A stretch of DNA of 32,000 bases. It comes from Mycobacterium leprae TN. GTDB taxonomy: Bacteria; Actinomycetota; Actinomycetes; Mycobacteriales; Mycobacteriaceae. Below the pieces are notes generated by a model, which worked only from the letters and a program-made list of their open reading frames with translations, did not search any database and was not told the DNA's origin. The stretch covers positions 1,980,001-2,012,000 of the forward strand of contig NC_002677.1 of NCBI RefSeq assembly GCF_000195855.1, read 5' to 3'. Below are positions 1 to 13,514 of the stretch, piece by piece. Numbering within the stretch: the first letter of the stretch is position 1; each line of letters opens with the position of its first letter. A program made the position numbers and the translations under genes.

Positions 1-48
1 CGGGAACGCACCGCACCCGAAGGTGATCCGCCGACGACTAGTTCACAC

Positions 49-63
49 ACCACCACCACCACC
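49..63. repeat. Trinucleotide microsatellite (ACC)5, read as (GGT)5 on the - strand
   Basis: Sequence reads acc acc acc acc acc at 49-63, preceded by a short CA run. Confidence 0.8.
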
Positions 64-639
64 AACGCTGCGGTCGTCCGCTACGCGACGACATAGTTTA
101 GCTACGGTCAACCAATCGCGCAGCAGCCCAGCAGAATCGGATATGTCGAGGCGAGCTGTAGCCAACCATTCAATCTAAAGTGTTGACCGCACGGTAAACC
201 AAAACCCAGACACGCCGCCCACCGTCACCTACAGCAGCGACACCACCGCAGCGTCCGACGTGTTCTCTTCTACCGATTCGAATGCCGGACGTGTTAGGTC
301 CGAGCTTATCCAGCCGTGCCAGAATCGCGCCCGCACAACAATGATAGCAGCCACGACATCGCCCGTGTGCACCCGGTAAGTTCCCCAATGACACCCCAAC
401 TGGCCGTAGCGGTAGCCACGATCAACCAGGGCCGAATCTGACATATGGTGCTGCATGCAGCACCATATCCGGCAAGCCGACCACACCGGCCAACAAGCCC
501 ACATGCATCCCACTGGCAATCCTGCTGTCGCGGTAGGTAACTTGCCCTAACTTTGCAGCCGCTTGGCCGAACATACGCGACCGTATGACCCCGTTGCGGG
601 TCACCTATAGCACCAGATCAGCTCGGTAGCCGATCAGCA

Positions 640-1760
640 CGCCGACTATACGGGCCTGCCGTGTGAGCGCAAAAATCCTTGCGCACAAGCGACGCTAGTG
701 TCGTGCTGCGTGCAGACGAACGCGCGGACTTCCTCGACAAACAGCTCCGGTTGTTCAAATGCGGCAAAGTGACCACCGCACGGCATGGGTTGTTCAGTGT
801 GTGATGTGGTAGCCTGGCTCGCACCCACTCCTCGGCAGGAGCAGAATCCCCTTGGGGAAAGCCCTGATACGCGTCGGGAATTCCGCCCCGACCAGGTGTT
901 TGGAAGGCGTCGTAGTTCTCCCCGTACAACCGGGAAGCCGAAGCGTCGGTACTGGTCACCCTATAAACCATTACCATTACGTTGTCGAAGAGCTCATCCC
1001 TGCCGAGTATGTTCTTTGAATTCTCATCGCAGTCCATCCACGCCCAAAACTTCTCGACAATCCACCCCAGTTGTGCCACCGGCGAATCAAGGAGTCCACA
1101 GCTCGATGTCTAGGTTCGGGTCGACTGCTGTTTAGAATAACCGGTTCCAGTACAACGATGCCTGGCTAGCCCAGCCAGGATCTGCTGCTCTTCAGTGGTT
1201 AGACTGATGAGCGTCTCCGCTGGGAGCCGGCCGATCGGCATGACATGTTCAGATGAATGACAAAGCAATGCAAGCGGTTAGGACCCAGCTGCATGGTAAC
1301 GGCTGCACCCCAGTCGCCGTCATGGGCACCGTAGCGGTCGTAGCCAAGGAACACCATGAGCATCTTCTAAGCCGACACGATACTTTTCAACGCCTCATCC
1401 GGTGCGGGCAGATCTGCCAGAGAAGCCGTATCCGGGCAGAGATGGACAGATAAACGTGTAATGTGTCTTCGGCGCGTCCACCGTGAGCCATCGGATCGGT
1501 CAGCGACTCAAATCACTTTGTGAAATTACCCCAGCTAGCCGTAGGTGATCAGCAACGGGAAGGCGTCCTCATGCCGGGACCGTTGATGGATGAAATGACT
1601 TTCCAGAAGGCTGATTTCGGTGATGAACTGATCCAGGTGGTTGAGCGCTGCCTCCCGAAACCGCTAGTCGTATCAGTAGGTTCAGTAGGTTGCCAAGCCG
1701 CGGGTGTAACCCAACGGCATCCCCTGGTGCCAGTCATCTACACATTCGGCCTAGGGCCAT
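640..1760 (-). pseudogene. Decayed epoxide hydrolase with EHN-type N-terminal domain (alpha/beta hydrolase)
   Basis: The - strand translation near 1530-1740 gives MPLGYTRGLATY*TY*YD*RFREAALNHLDQFITEISLLESHFIHQRSRHEDAFPLLITYG*, like the EHN domain of epoxide hydrolases. The 618-1079 frame gives AQLGWIVEKFWAWMDC..RDELFDNVMVMVY and the 646-828 frame gives GGHFAAFEQPELFVEEVRAF, matching the family C-terminus. Several in-frame stops and frameshifts; boundaries approximate. Confidence 0.75.
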
Positions 1761-3385
1761 CGGGTGCGCGCTAGGCGGAAGCGTAAATCATCGAGAACAT
1801 TGATGGGAAACGGTTTCACTGACGAAAAGTCTTTGCGACCCGGTGTCGGGGACACTAATCCTCCGCTAGCTTTTGCCCGACCTCGCCCTTGGTCTGCTCT
1901 AGATTCAGTCACCCGGCTGTCCGGTGCCTAAATCAACTTGCGGACATTCTCTACCAGTATCACACATATCAGCCGCGTAGCGCATCCACTGCGACTATAG
2001 ATCCGCCTTGGTCGCCGGCTGTTGCTCGGACGACAACAGCACGACGGACGGTACTCGTCTTGCTGCTTTTCAGCACCGCCCTGCCGCTCGGAGAATCAGA
2101 CCGCCCGTCCTACCGCCGCCGACGTTGCCATACAAACTCAGCACCGACAACGGACCTTCAGGGATACTGTCGTCTAGCTGTGCAAAGACGGTGAGCACGA
2201 ACGACAAAAAAACCGTCGAACCACTGATGTGTAAATTCGGGCAAGGCCATCGACCGCATTTCACGCAGTCCCATACTCATGTCTTGGCACAGCGCGAGTT
2301 TGGTCGCCAAACGTTCGATCGCCCTATACATGACTAAACTTGCCTTTTCGCTGCGAAAACCTCACGATCCAGCTACCTAATGGTAGGTATATATTCACCA
2401 TACACTGGGCCAAGAGGAAATGTGAGGTGCCATCGTGGCCATCAAGATGAAGCGCATCGAGCTTCACGCATAGTAAGCGACTCTGGACCGCATTCAGCGA
2501 GCCGCCAATAGTTCTGCATAAGCAAACCGCGGAAATGCGTGCAGAAAGCAGCGATGCAACGCATCGAGGACGGGCCTGCGGCAGGAGCTGTTAACGTTAT
2601 GGAGCCCGAACAGTCCGACAAGCTGATGTCCTGGCTGGATGTTGCTGACGCCGCGTCGCTACTGGCAGCAGCCGCACGTATGCCGATACGTGTATCAAGG
2701 GAATGTTGACGAATGTTTGAGTCCACACGGCTGGATAACAACCACATGTTGGCGGGTTAAGCTATGATAAGGAGTTGCTGACCACCTGGCTGTTTCAGCA
2801 GGCCCGCCGCACGGATAGCAGCTAGTAGCGCACGTGTACGTTTGGACTTCGCTCGGGGAACCGAAAGTCGGTACCTCTTTCGCTATCTGTCCCACCAAGG
2901 TGGTACGCAAAGATGACAATGTGTCGAAGACCATGGCTGCGGGATTTTCCCGCCTACCCGAGTATTCGATTACTCGCCTAGCAATCGATGTAATACTACA
3001 TGGAATGGACAGAGATACGGCAAACAGATGTTCCTAGATGCACTAAGGAAAGCCGTCGCTGCATCGGAAATCGGTGGAGGGACAGCTTATCCTCGTCAAT
3101 ACGATAGACGAGGATAAGCTGTCATTCTATGCGCATTAACACTTCATCCCTAGCAGGAACCGTGAGCTCCGTCTGGTAATGAAGGTGTCCACCGCAACGA
3201 AGGTCCTCGGGGAGCGCTGGAGGGACTGAATATATCTTTGCCATGCGAACGTGTTTGATCTAGGCGTTGTCGAATAGATGAATGCGCCCACTTCACCGCT
3301 AGTCAGATACAAGACGAATTCTTTTGTTTCGTAACGGCTCTCACGTTAGTGACAAACTCTACGTAGACCGCCAAGAGACGAGGGA

Positions 3386-4329
3386 GTGGAGGTCCAACCG
3401 AATGTTGACTTTTGCGACGGCGTCGGCCAGGAAGATCGTCAGCCGGGAGGAATCGGCGGCTTTGGCAAAGCTAGGACCCTAGTGCGAATAGACGGCCAAT
3501 CTTGCAGACCATGTCCGCGATGGAGCATCGGTAGCCTTTGTTTCGGCGGCACGGTTCGCAAGGATGTCCTGGACCGCTGCGCCGATCTCGGTCAATGACG
3601 GATGCCCGGTCGTCTGAGTAAAGGTGCGCCAGTAACATAAAGGTCCACCAGGTCACAGGCACGGTTGTTGACAAACGCAGGCGGGGGTCGTATGGATCCG
3701 TGGAGACACGGACCTTCTGGGCAATCTGACAACGCATCGACCAAGCTGAAGGAGGTGGTCCGGGTAGGCCAGCCCGAATCCAGTAAATTAGGGTGAGGGA
3801 GTCTGCTCGGCGTTATCTCGGCCCGGCCTTCTTCGGGGGGATACTTCGATCTGGACTCGTCGCAAATTAACACTGTTGAGTAGCACAGTCATGTCGAAGC
3901 GCCGTGGCTTGATGAGCTTGTGTGGGACATCGATGATCTCAACTTCTCCGCGCACGAGCGTCAGTGGTCCCCAGGGTTTTCCGAAAGTCACGTCCAGTTC
4001 TGTTAGGCACCGATCAATGTCCCCACGTACCAGGTCGCCGATGTCTTGGGTAGGTCGAGTGACCATGCTGGGCAAACGGTATTGCATCGTGGTACCGCCC
4101 TGAATCAGGAACAACGCGGCGCCGGACTCATCTACGGGCGCGTTGAAGCGTGGCGGTAACGACTGTTGCAACGACCAGCCAGCACAAACGCGTACCGGTT
4201 GATGATCCGAAGCTGTCCTGGATTTTGGGTGATCCAGGTACGGAAGACTCGAGCAGACAACGGCAACTTGTCTTTCGGTTTTAGTCGATCCAGCAACTGC
4301 GCAAAGTTGAACGGCTCATCCACTGCCAT
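3386..4329 (-). pseudogene. Decayed AbiEii/AbiGii-like nucleotidyltransferase (type IV TA toxin)
   Basis: Collinear fragments in changing frames: MAVDEPFNFAQLLDRLKPKD.. (start 4329); LIQGGTTMQYRLPSMVTRPTQDIGDLVRGDIDRCLTELDVTFGKPWGPLTLVRGEVEIIDVPHKLIKPRRFDMTVLLNSVNLRRVQIEVSP; EGRAEITPSRLPHPN; QIAQKVRVSTDPYDP; FVNNRACDLVDL; SLTEIGAAVQDILANRAAETKATDAPSRTWSARLAVYSH; FAKAADSSRLTIFLADAVAKVN. The total span of about 940 bp fits a roughly 300-aa ancestor. Confidence 0.75.
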
Positions 4330-4883
4330 CGCGAGACTCCAAAGCTGCGGCGAGTTGTTCGACTTCGGCCGGGCAGGCAGACAACTGGTGCAGTCAGTCG
4401 TCCGGTCCAGAGCTGAGCATATCAGGTAGGTCGGCCCACCGGAGGAAATGCGCTGGAAAATCGCCGTAGGTACGTTCACCATCGGTATCCCTTGCCACCA
4501 TGTCACCTGTCTCGCGTCAAGGTCCTGTGTAGTGGACAATGTAAAGTCCACCAGCGGTACGACAGATACGCCGGCGACGAGCGACAGTGCGGTGGATACG
4601 GTCGAGATTGATGCCGCTGACCTATCCCACACAGCCAGCACCGAGTCGTGGCTAAGGACACGCCAGTACATAACACGGCCAGTTGGTACTGATCGAACTC
4701 GGTCTCCGCAACCTGTGGCTTCCGGTAAACACCATGGGCAACGGGGTCCAACAGGTCACGGGCAACCATCGCCGACAACTCGGCGTGCGATACACCTTCC
4801 TTCACAGCCTGCGCAGTTGTAACGAACCCATGCTGATCCAGCGCTACCTCACGTAGTCGCTCCAGCCTCGTCACCACAGCCAT
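4330..4883 (-). pseudogene. Decayed AbiEi-like antitoxin (N-terminal wHTH) of the same TA pair
   Basis: The 4503-4883 frame reads MAVVTRLERLREVALDQHGFVTTAQAVKEGVSHAELSAMVARDLLDPVAHGVYR, typical of AbiEi family N-termini. It continues in another frame (LSHDSVLAVWD..ARQVTWWQGIPMVNVPTAIFQRISSGGPTYLICSALDR). It lies directly upstream of the AbiEii relic. Confidence 0.75.
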
Positions 4884-5169
4884 GTCAAAGCCTTAGCCTT
4901 ATGTAAAATTTGACATTAAATGACCTGATGAGCTACCGCAGAGAAAACTTCCCGCGCCGGGCTCAAGCAGCCAGGTCTTGCGCTCGCCAAAGGCCATCAC
5001 CACGGTCGATGCAGTTGCCGAACGCGCATGACGGCACGGATTGAAACGATGACGTATGTGAACGTCTATAAGCGCTGCACACCAGGACTCGATCCGTGTC
5101 AATCGGACCATCTCAGCAGCTGCACCACAATTTTAGTTCACAAAACGAGGCCCACGCTAGGCCTGATCG

Positions 5170-5700
5170 ACCTGGAGAATCTAGGCATTGATCCCGGCAA
5201 CGGCTGTGTCGAGCGACAGGTTCGATGCTCGTTGAGGCCGCGGCCCGCTTGTAGGGGTCACCCCAGGGGGTTGTCCGACCATGGTTGGCAGCCACGTCCT
5301 TGGCGGCTACACCAAGTTGCTTCTTAGCTTCATGAGCTCGGGCCCGAAAACAGAGCCACCCCGGCTGCATGGATTGCGGTCAGCGTCGGGCCTTCGATCT
5401 CGGCCACAAGGGCGCACAACAGGAACAAGTCGACTAAGTCGCAGGCATGCCCGCTGATAGAGTCTGACAGTTCGTAGGGGTCGGAGACCACATGGAATCT
5501 TTTGTGCAATCTGAAAGCACATGGCGATTCCAGCGGGGGTGTCGGAGTCCCGCAGGCCAAACTGACTGAGTGGCGGCGACCCAATTACTTCGAAGTCTTA
5601 ACCGATACCTGACTCGCGGAATGAGACTTATTTGCCAACACCTAGGACGCATTCGGCCAAATTCTCGAGAAGTGGCTGTGACGAACCCCTTGACAACTGC
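5170..5700 (-). pseudogene. Second, C-terminal AbiEii-like relic
   Basis: Fragments GIAMCFQIAQKI, HVVSDPYELSDSISGHACDLVDLFLLCALVAEIEGPTLTAIHAAGVALFSGPSS and ARAHEAKKQLG...GDPYKRAAAS in consecutive - strand frames. They parallel the QIAQKV..TDPYDP / ACDLVDL / LTEIGAAV segments of the 3386-4329 relic. Boundaries approximate. Confidence 0.6.
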
Positions 5701-7155
5701 TGGCTGTATAGAATGACTATATTCAGACCCATGGGTTTCTATCATGGATCCATCGCATCCTATTCATTGTCATCGGATCCGCTTTTCGTCAACGTTTGCT
5801 AGTCGTGCAACACAATACATTTGATGTTTGCGGACCCTCAATCGCTAAGTGGTTGCCCATCTCCGAGTAATAGGTCATCAGAAATATGACTCAGCAGTAA
5901 CCATAAGCACGAAATTTAATTTGAGGTGTGACTGTTATCAGCAAACTATACTTTTGCGTATTGTCGTGCTCAGAAATAATTCTACATAACTCAAGTATGG
6001 GATCATTCAGAATGATAATCAAATGGTAACCCATTGTCAGTTCGAACTTCATCTCATCAAAGAAAAAGCTTTGGCGACTGGAACAATAATCTGGAGGTAG
6101 CGTGTTCCATGCTAACTCGACAGATTTATCTGCCGAATATTTGACGAAGGCTGACTCCGTTGCATCTCGCCGATCGCCAACAGCTTCACCACTGGTTCAT
6201 CTGCTTCAATTCAACAATCACTGATTCCACATCTATAGCTATCTCGGCGGCAATCGTTCCATCAGGGAGTTACTATGTAGTCATCGCAGCATGCTTCACT
6301 CAGGCGACCTTCGTGCTGTGCCAAAATTTGACAGTCCAACTTTATACAAAATTTCTGACATAGTTTATCGAAGGTCTTCCAACAGGCTATAGTGTAATTC
6401 GCTAGTCTTAGTTACTAAATACAAAAGCATTCGGATGGTCTAGATACCATTTTCTTTCCCGTACATGTATGCTACTACATCGAATGGATAGGTCGGGATC
6501 ACTTCAGTGGGCAACGTGATACTTGCCGGCCGGCAGGGCTGTCACACAGAAATATGTTGACATTATTTAGCTTTGACCTTTTTATCCACGTAGTGATGTG
6601 TTTTAAAATCCGATTATTCCACTGTGATTTCCGTCAGCGTGAATCTTTCCTAGCCACATAACAACGATAGTAATTCAAGTAGCGAAATGAATAAATTTAT
6701 CAACTTCTCCGGCTGTATCTCTCCCAGAATAAATGTGGCAGCGTAATAATCCTAACGTTTTCCGTCGCAACTTCACGGTATTAATTTCCAGGAGCGGCAT
6801 AGTTATGGAAACTGCCCAAGTATCCCAGCAGTCTAGATGGACAGCAACGCCCCACCCCAGCCTGCAATCCAGACGCGTCAGCCAAAGACGAGCAGGGTAT
6901 GTTCATGTTGTCGTAGTTAGCCCCACTTGCAGATACCCAGTTTCAGGCAGAAGCGTTCGCGCCGAATCCCGAACACTGCCAAACGAACGTAACTTGCCAA
7001 CGTCCGCGGCGATGCAAACTAAAACCGCCAGCCCACGGTCACGAAAATCTCTGATTTCATCTGTATAACTCGCTATCGTCGAAAAAATTCGAGTTTTGGA
7101 CGGCACCGGCGAACGCTATGCTAGGCGGCGCGGCGTGCTAGGACGATTGAAGTTA

Positions 7156-7179
7156 CCCCCCCCCCCCCCCCGGGGGGGG
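7156..7179. repeat. Compound homopolymer C16G8
   Basis: 16 consecutive C (7156-7171) followed directly by 8 G (7172-7179). Confidence 0.95.
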
Positions 7180-7239
7180 TGTCGCCTGGCAGGCTGTTAG
7201 CCTGAGAAAATGCTGTATCTGTGTGGACCGCACAAGCAC

Positions 7240-7314
7240 TGGTGGGCGCGGACGGTATCGAACCGCCGACCGCTGGTGTGTAAAACCAGAGCTCTACCAC
7301 TGAGCTACGCGCCC
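7240..7314 (-). tRNA. tRNA-Val (anticodon UAC)
   Basis: The reverse complement GGGCGCG-TA-GCTCAGTGGTAGAGC-TCTGGT-TTTACAC-ACCAGC-...-GCGGTTCGATACCGTC-CGCGCCC-ACCA folds as a cloverleaf with a 7-bp acceptor stem, anticodon TAC and encoded CCA. Confidence 0.95.
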
Positions 7315-7399
7315 CATGCCCGCCGCAGGCTACACGCCCGAAGGTCAGCCACCCAAACTTCAAACCCTTAGAGCACTTAGAGCAGCTAAAGCTGTGAGT

Positions 7400-7832
7400 T
7401 TACAGCCGCTGATCGCGGACCTCACCGAGTTGCTTCATCTCGGCGAACCAAAATGATCCCCGACCGATCGACGAAAAAAGTACCACGGTTGGAGTAGCCG
7501 GTGGTGTCACTTGAACACAACGCAATGCTGGTTGACCTGACCATGCGGCCAGAAGTCCGACAACACCGGAAACAGGCATCCGCTCCGGGTCGCCCAGATC
7601 TTGTGGGTGGTGGCTCGACCGAAATGGCCAGCGCCATGCTGTCGTCGTTTTCGAATTCAGGCAGACGATCGCGCAATTGGTGCACCTCAAACTTTAGCAA
7701 ATCCCGGTGAATGCCAGCGAGAAAACGCCACCAGCACATTCTTGGTGCCGTGATAGCCGCTGAGCATGACAGACCGCTGATTCTGGTCGCGCAGCGTGAA
7801 GTCGGGGCGGTGACTCCGAAGCCCAGCATCAA
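7400..7832 (-). pseudogene. ahpE: Decayed alkyl hydroperoxide reductase E (1-Cys peroxiredoxin)
   Basis: Fragments LKFEVHQLRDRLPEFENDDSMALAISVEPPPT and NRGTFFVDRSGII (7422-7832), then FAEMKQLGEVRDQRL (7400-7690), resemble mycobacterial AhpE but need frame changes. The region that should hold the conserved TPDF..V..FFP..FTGIC active-site segment is scrambled. Confidence 0.85.
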
Positions 7833-8251
7833 CGCTTCCCGATCCGCGACTTCGGCTGAACTAACCGGCTAGCGCTCCAGTCACCCAAGTTGACCGAAGA
7901 GGTCAGCATCAGGCCGGCGGTAGGAGCCGCTTCCGCGATCTCGGCGGGTGGTACGTGACCGGGCTTTCCGGTCTTGGGAGTCAACACCCAGATCACGCCG
8001 TCTTCGGCGCGCGGGGTGATCGCGTCCATCAGGGTGTCCACTAGATCCCCGTCTCCGTCTCGCCACCACAGCAAAACGACGTCGACTACTTCGTCGGTAT
8101 CTTCATCGAGCAACTCGCCACCACACGCCTCTTCAACCGATGCGCGAATGTCGTCGTCGGTGTCTTCGTCCCAGCCCCACTCTTGGACAACTTGGCCTTG
8201 TTGGATGCCCAATTTGCGAGCGAAGCTCGGGGTGTGATCCGCCGCGACCAC
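7829..8251 (-). CDS. Conserved DUF3052-family protein
   Basis: 140-aa ORF with GTG start (MVAADHTPSFARKLGIQQGQVVQEWGWDEDTDDDIRASVEE...), matching the conserved actinobacterial protein family encoded beside ahpE in mycobacteria. Confidence 0.85.
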   Translation of the reverse strand: MVAADHTPSFARKLGIQQGQVVQEWGWDEDTDDDIRASVEEACGGELLDEDTDEVVDVVLLWWRDGDGDLVDTLMDAITPRAEDGVIWVLTPKTGKPGHVPPAEIAEAAPTAGLMLTSSVNLGDWSASRLVQPKSRIGKR

Positions 8252-9163
8252 CGTGGAGCCTCCTTAGACAACTATCTGCGAAACTGATCTGCACGCCGTT
8301 GCGATGGGCACTATCGTCGCACAAGCCGACCTCGACCCAGGAGACCACCTCAGCACGAAGCCCGGCATAGTTTCAATGCTTTACGTCTTGATGCCGTTAA
8401 GCTAATCGACCCACCTGGTGAACTCCAACGTCGGAGCGTACGTGCCAATGGTGTTGGCCACCAAACGGGCAGCGTCGACATACGCGTTGAGCACATCAAA
8501 CAGCTGTGACGACAACGCCTCGGTGAAACCTACTGACAACCGTCGAAGCGCTGTCATTCGGCACGTCTATGGCCGAGCGTTCAGTCGGACCAATGTTGCA
8601 GCCCTGATTGAACGCCCAGACAAAGACGTTTACCTTGTCGATAGCGAAGCTTCTGGTGATAACAAGTTGAGTCACACGAGCTGCGAATTGTCTTGGTGGT
8701 CAGCGATTGTTGCCGCTGGAACTCTCGGATGCTAGACGTCGCCGCCGAAGCCGACAACGAAGCACAGCTAGGCCGAAGCGACCACGGTGTCCGGCGTCAC
8801 TGTTCCATCGATGAGAGCGGTACAGCCCACGAGGCCCATCAAGGCCGCCGCACTACCGTCAAGCAGCAGCGCACCTCACCTTAGGCCTCTATTAGGACCG
8901 TCCCCCGCGTGCCTGAGCGGGATGGCACGTCATGTGATGAGCACAACTTGTTACGTTGCCGGATCACAATTCCAACCGCTCGCGACGCGTCAGGTTCGGG
9001 TCGACAAACGGTCTCTCGTGACGTCATTCACTCGAGGACCGCCAAGGGCAACCGGGGCGGCTAACGGCCCGAAATACCGGTGCGGCACGATAGGGGGCGA
9101 TGGTCCAGATAGCCCCAAAGGCATCATCCCAAATAATGCCCCGCCAACTACAGGAGTAGTGCG

Positions 9164-11974
<2,811 letters not shown>

Positions 11975-12077
11975 CATAATCCGGTCCCCGGTAAGACACC
12001 AGTAAGAGCCGAGCATTGTTTTGGGGAAAACTTCCAGAAATCTGGCGTAGCTTTTAGGAGTGAATCACAATCATTTT

Positions 12078-13304
12078 GTGCCTGCACCGCCTCGCAGGTT
12101 GCCGCTCGAACTACTGGACACCGTGCCCGATTCACTGCTACGACGGCTGAAGCAGTACTCGGGCCGGCTAGCTACTGAAGCGGTCACAGCTATGCAAGAA
12201 CGGTTGCCGTTCTTCGCCGACTTGGAAGCATCCCAGCGCGCCAGCGTGACGCTGGTGGTGCAGACGGCGGTGGTCAACTTTGTCCAGTGGATGCAAAACC
12301 CGCACAGTGACGTGAGCTACACCGCGCAGGCGTTCGAACTGGTACCCCAGGATCTGGCCCGACGAATCGCGTTACGCCACACCGTGGACATGGTGCGAGT
12401 CACCATGGAGTTCTTCGAAGAAGTTGTGCCACTGCTGGCCCGTTCCGAAGAGCAATTGACGGCACTCACCGTGGGCATCTTGAAGTACAGCCGCGACCTG
12501 GCGTTCACCGCCGCCACGGCGTATGCCGACGCGGCCGAAGCGCGCGGCACCTGGGACAGCAGGATGGAAGCCAGCGTCGTCGACGCGGTAGTGCGCGGCG
12601 ACACCGGCCCCGAGCTGTTGTCTCGCGCGGCCGCATTGAACTGGGACACGACCGCACCAGCAACGGTTGTGGTCGGTACCCCGACACCGAACCACGACGG
12701 CCCAAACGGGCAGGTCAGCAGCGAACGAGCCAGCCAGGAAGTCCGCGAGATCGCAGCCCGCCACGGCCGCGCGGCGCTGACCGACGTACACGGTACCTGG
12801 CTGGTGGCGATCATATCCGGCCAATTAGCGCCGACGGACAAATTTTTCAGTGACCTGCTGCACGCGTTCTCCGACGGACCGGTGGTCATCGGACCAACAG
12901 CGCCGATGCTGACTGCCGCCTACCACAGCGCAAGCGAGGCGGTTTCCGGGATGAACGCCGTTGCCGGGTGGAGTGGAGCGCCGCGACCCGTGCAGGCCAG
13001 AGAACTCCTGCCGGAACGCGCCTTAATGGGGGATGCATCGGCGATCGTGGCGTTGCATACCGATGTGATGCTGCCATTAGCTGATGCAGGGCCGACGCTC
13101 ATCGAGACACTCGACGCGTATCTGGATTGTGGCGGCGCAATTGAGGCCTGCGCCCGCAAGTTGTTCGTTCATCCAAACACCGTACGGTACCGGCTCAAGC
13201 GCATTACAGACTTCACCGGACACGATCCCACCCTACCGCGCGATGCATATGTCCTGCGAGTGGCAGCGACAGTGGGTAAACTCAACTATCCGACTCATCA
13301 CTAA
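12078..13304 (+). CDS. mabR: PucR/CdaR-type HTH transcriptional regulator, MabR orthologue upstream of FAS-II genes
   Basis: The ORF is open from 12060. GTG at 12078 is a plausible start because AGGAG at 12056-12060 is well spaced for it. C-terminal PucR-type HTH (LDCGGAIEACARKLFVHPNTVRYRLKRITDFTG). Sits immediately upstream of fabD. Confidence 0.9.
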   Translation: MPAPPRRLPLELLDTVPDSLLRRLKQYSGRLATEAVTAMQERLPFFADLEASQRASVTLVVQTAVVNFVQWMQNPHSDVSYTAQAFELVPQDLARRIALRHTVDMVRVTMEFFEEVVPLLARSEEQLTALTVGILKYSRDLAFTAATAYADAAEARGTWDSRMEASVVDAVVRGDTGPELLSRAAALNWDTTAPATVVVGTPTPNHDGPNGQVSSERASQEVREIAARHGRAALTDVHGTWLVAIISGQLAPTDKFFSDLLHAFSDGPVVIGPTAPMLTAAYHSASEAVSGMNAVAGWSGAPRPVQARELLPERALMGDASAIVALHTDVMLPLADAGPTLIETLDAYLDCGGAIEACARKLFVHPNTVRYRLKRITDFTGHDPTLPRDAYVLRVAATVGKLNYPTHH

Positions 13305-13427
13305 AGTGCCGGCCACAAGACCAATGCCCTAGGCACAACTGCCAGTCACGCGAGGTGCCATGACACCGCCAGGACGATAGCGACCGCAGATCTCAAGATG
13401 CTATCAAACCCGTAGCTTACCGAACAG

Positions 13428-13448
13428 TTTTGTAGGTTATATACAAAA
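13428..13448. promoter_or_regulatory. Inverted repeat TTTTGTA-N7-TACAAAA, candidate MabR operator for the fabD operon
   Basis: ttttgta ggttata tacaaaa in the intergenic space between the regulator stop (13304) and the fabD start (13515). Confidence 0.7.
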
Positions 13449-13514
13449 ACCTAAGACGAGGTTCATAATCTGTTACACCCCGCAAAACCGTCTTCACAGT
13501 GTTTTCTTAGACAC

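Noticed and set aside
1880-3300. ORFs such as 1889-2194 (+), 2442-2747 (-) and 2834-3037 (+), and the fragment MQRIEDGPAAGAVNVMEPEQSDKLMSWLDVADAASLLAAAAR (+, near 2559)
   Set aside because: They may be pseudogene debris, but I could not tie any of them to a family with confidence.
7121-7363. 80-aa - strand ORF (MKFGWLTFGRVACGGHGARSSVVELWFYTPAVGG...)
   Set aside because: It is a read-through translation of the tRNA-Val gene and the C16G8 tract (polyglycine), not a protein gene.
8252-9163. Possible decayed gene upstream of aceE (ORFs 8418-8735 +, 8787-9167 +, 8990-9328 -)
   Set aside because: Probably an eroded gene by position, but no recognisable motif; left unassigned.
12317-12889. 190-aa - strand ORF opposite the regulator gene
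   Set aside because: Antisense shadow of a well-conserved PucR-type gene.
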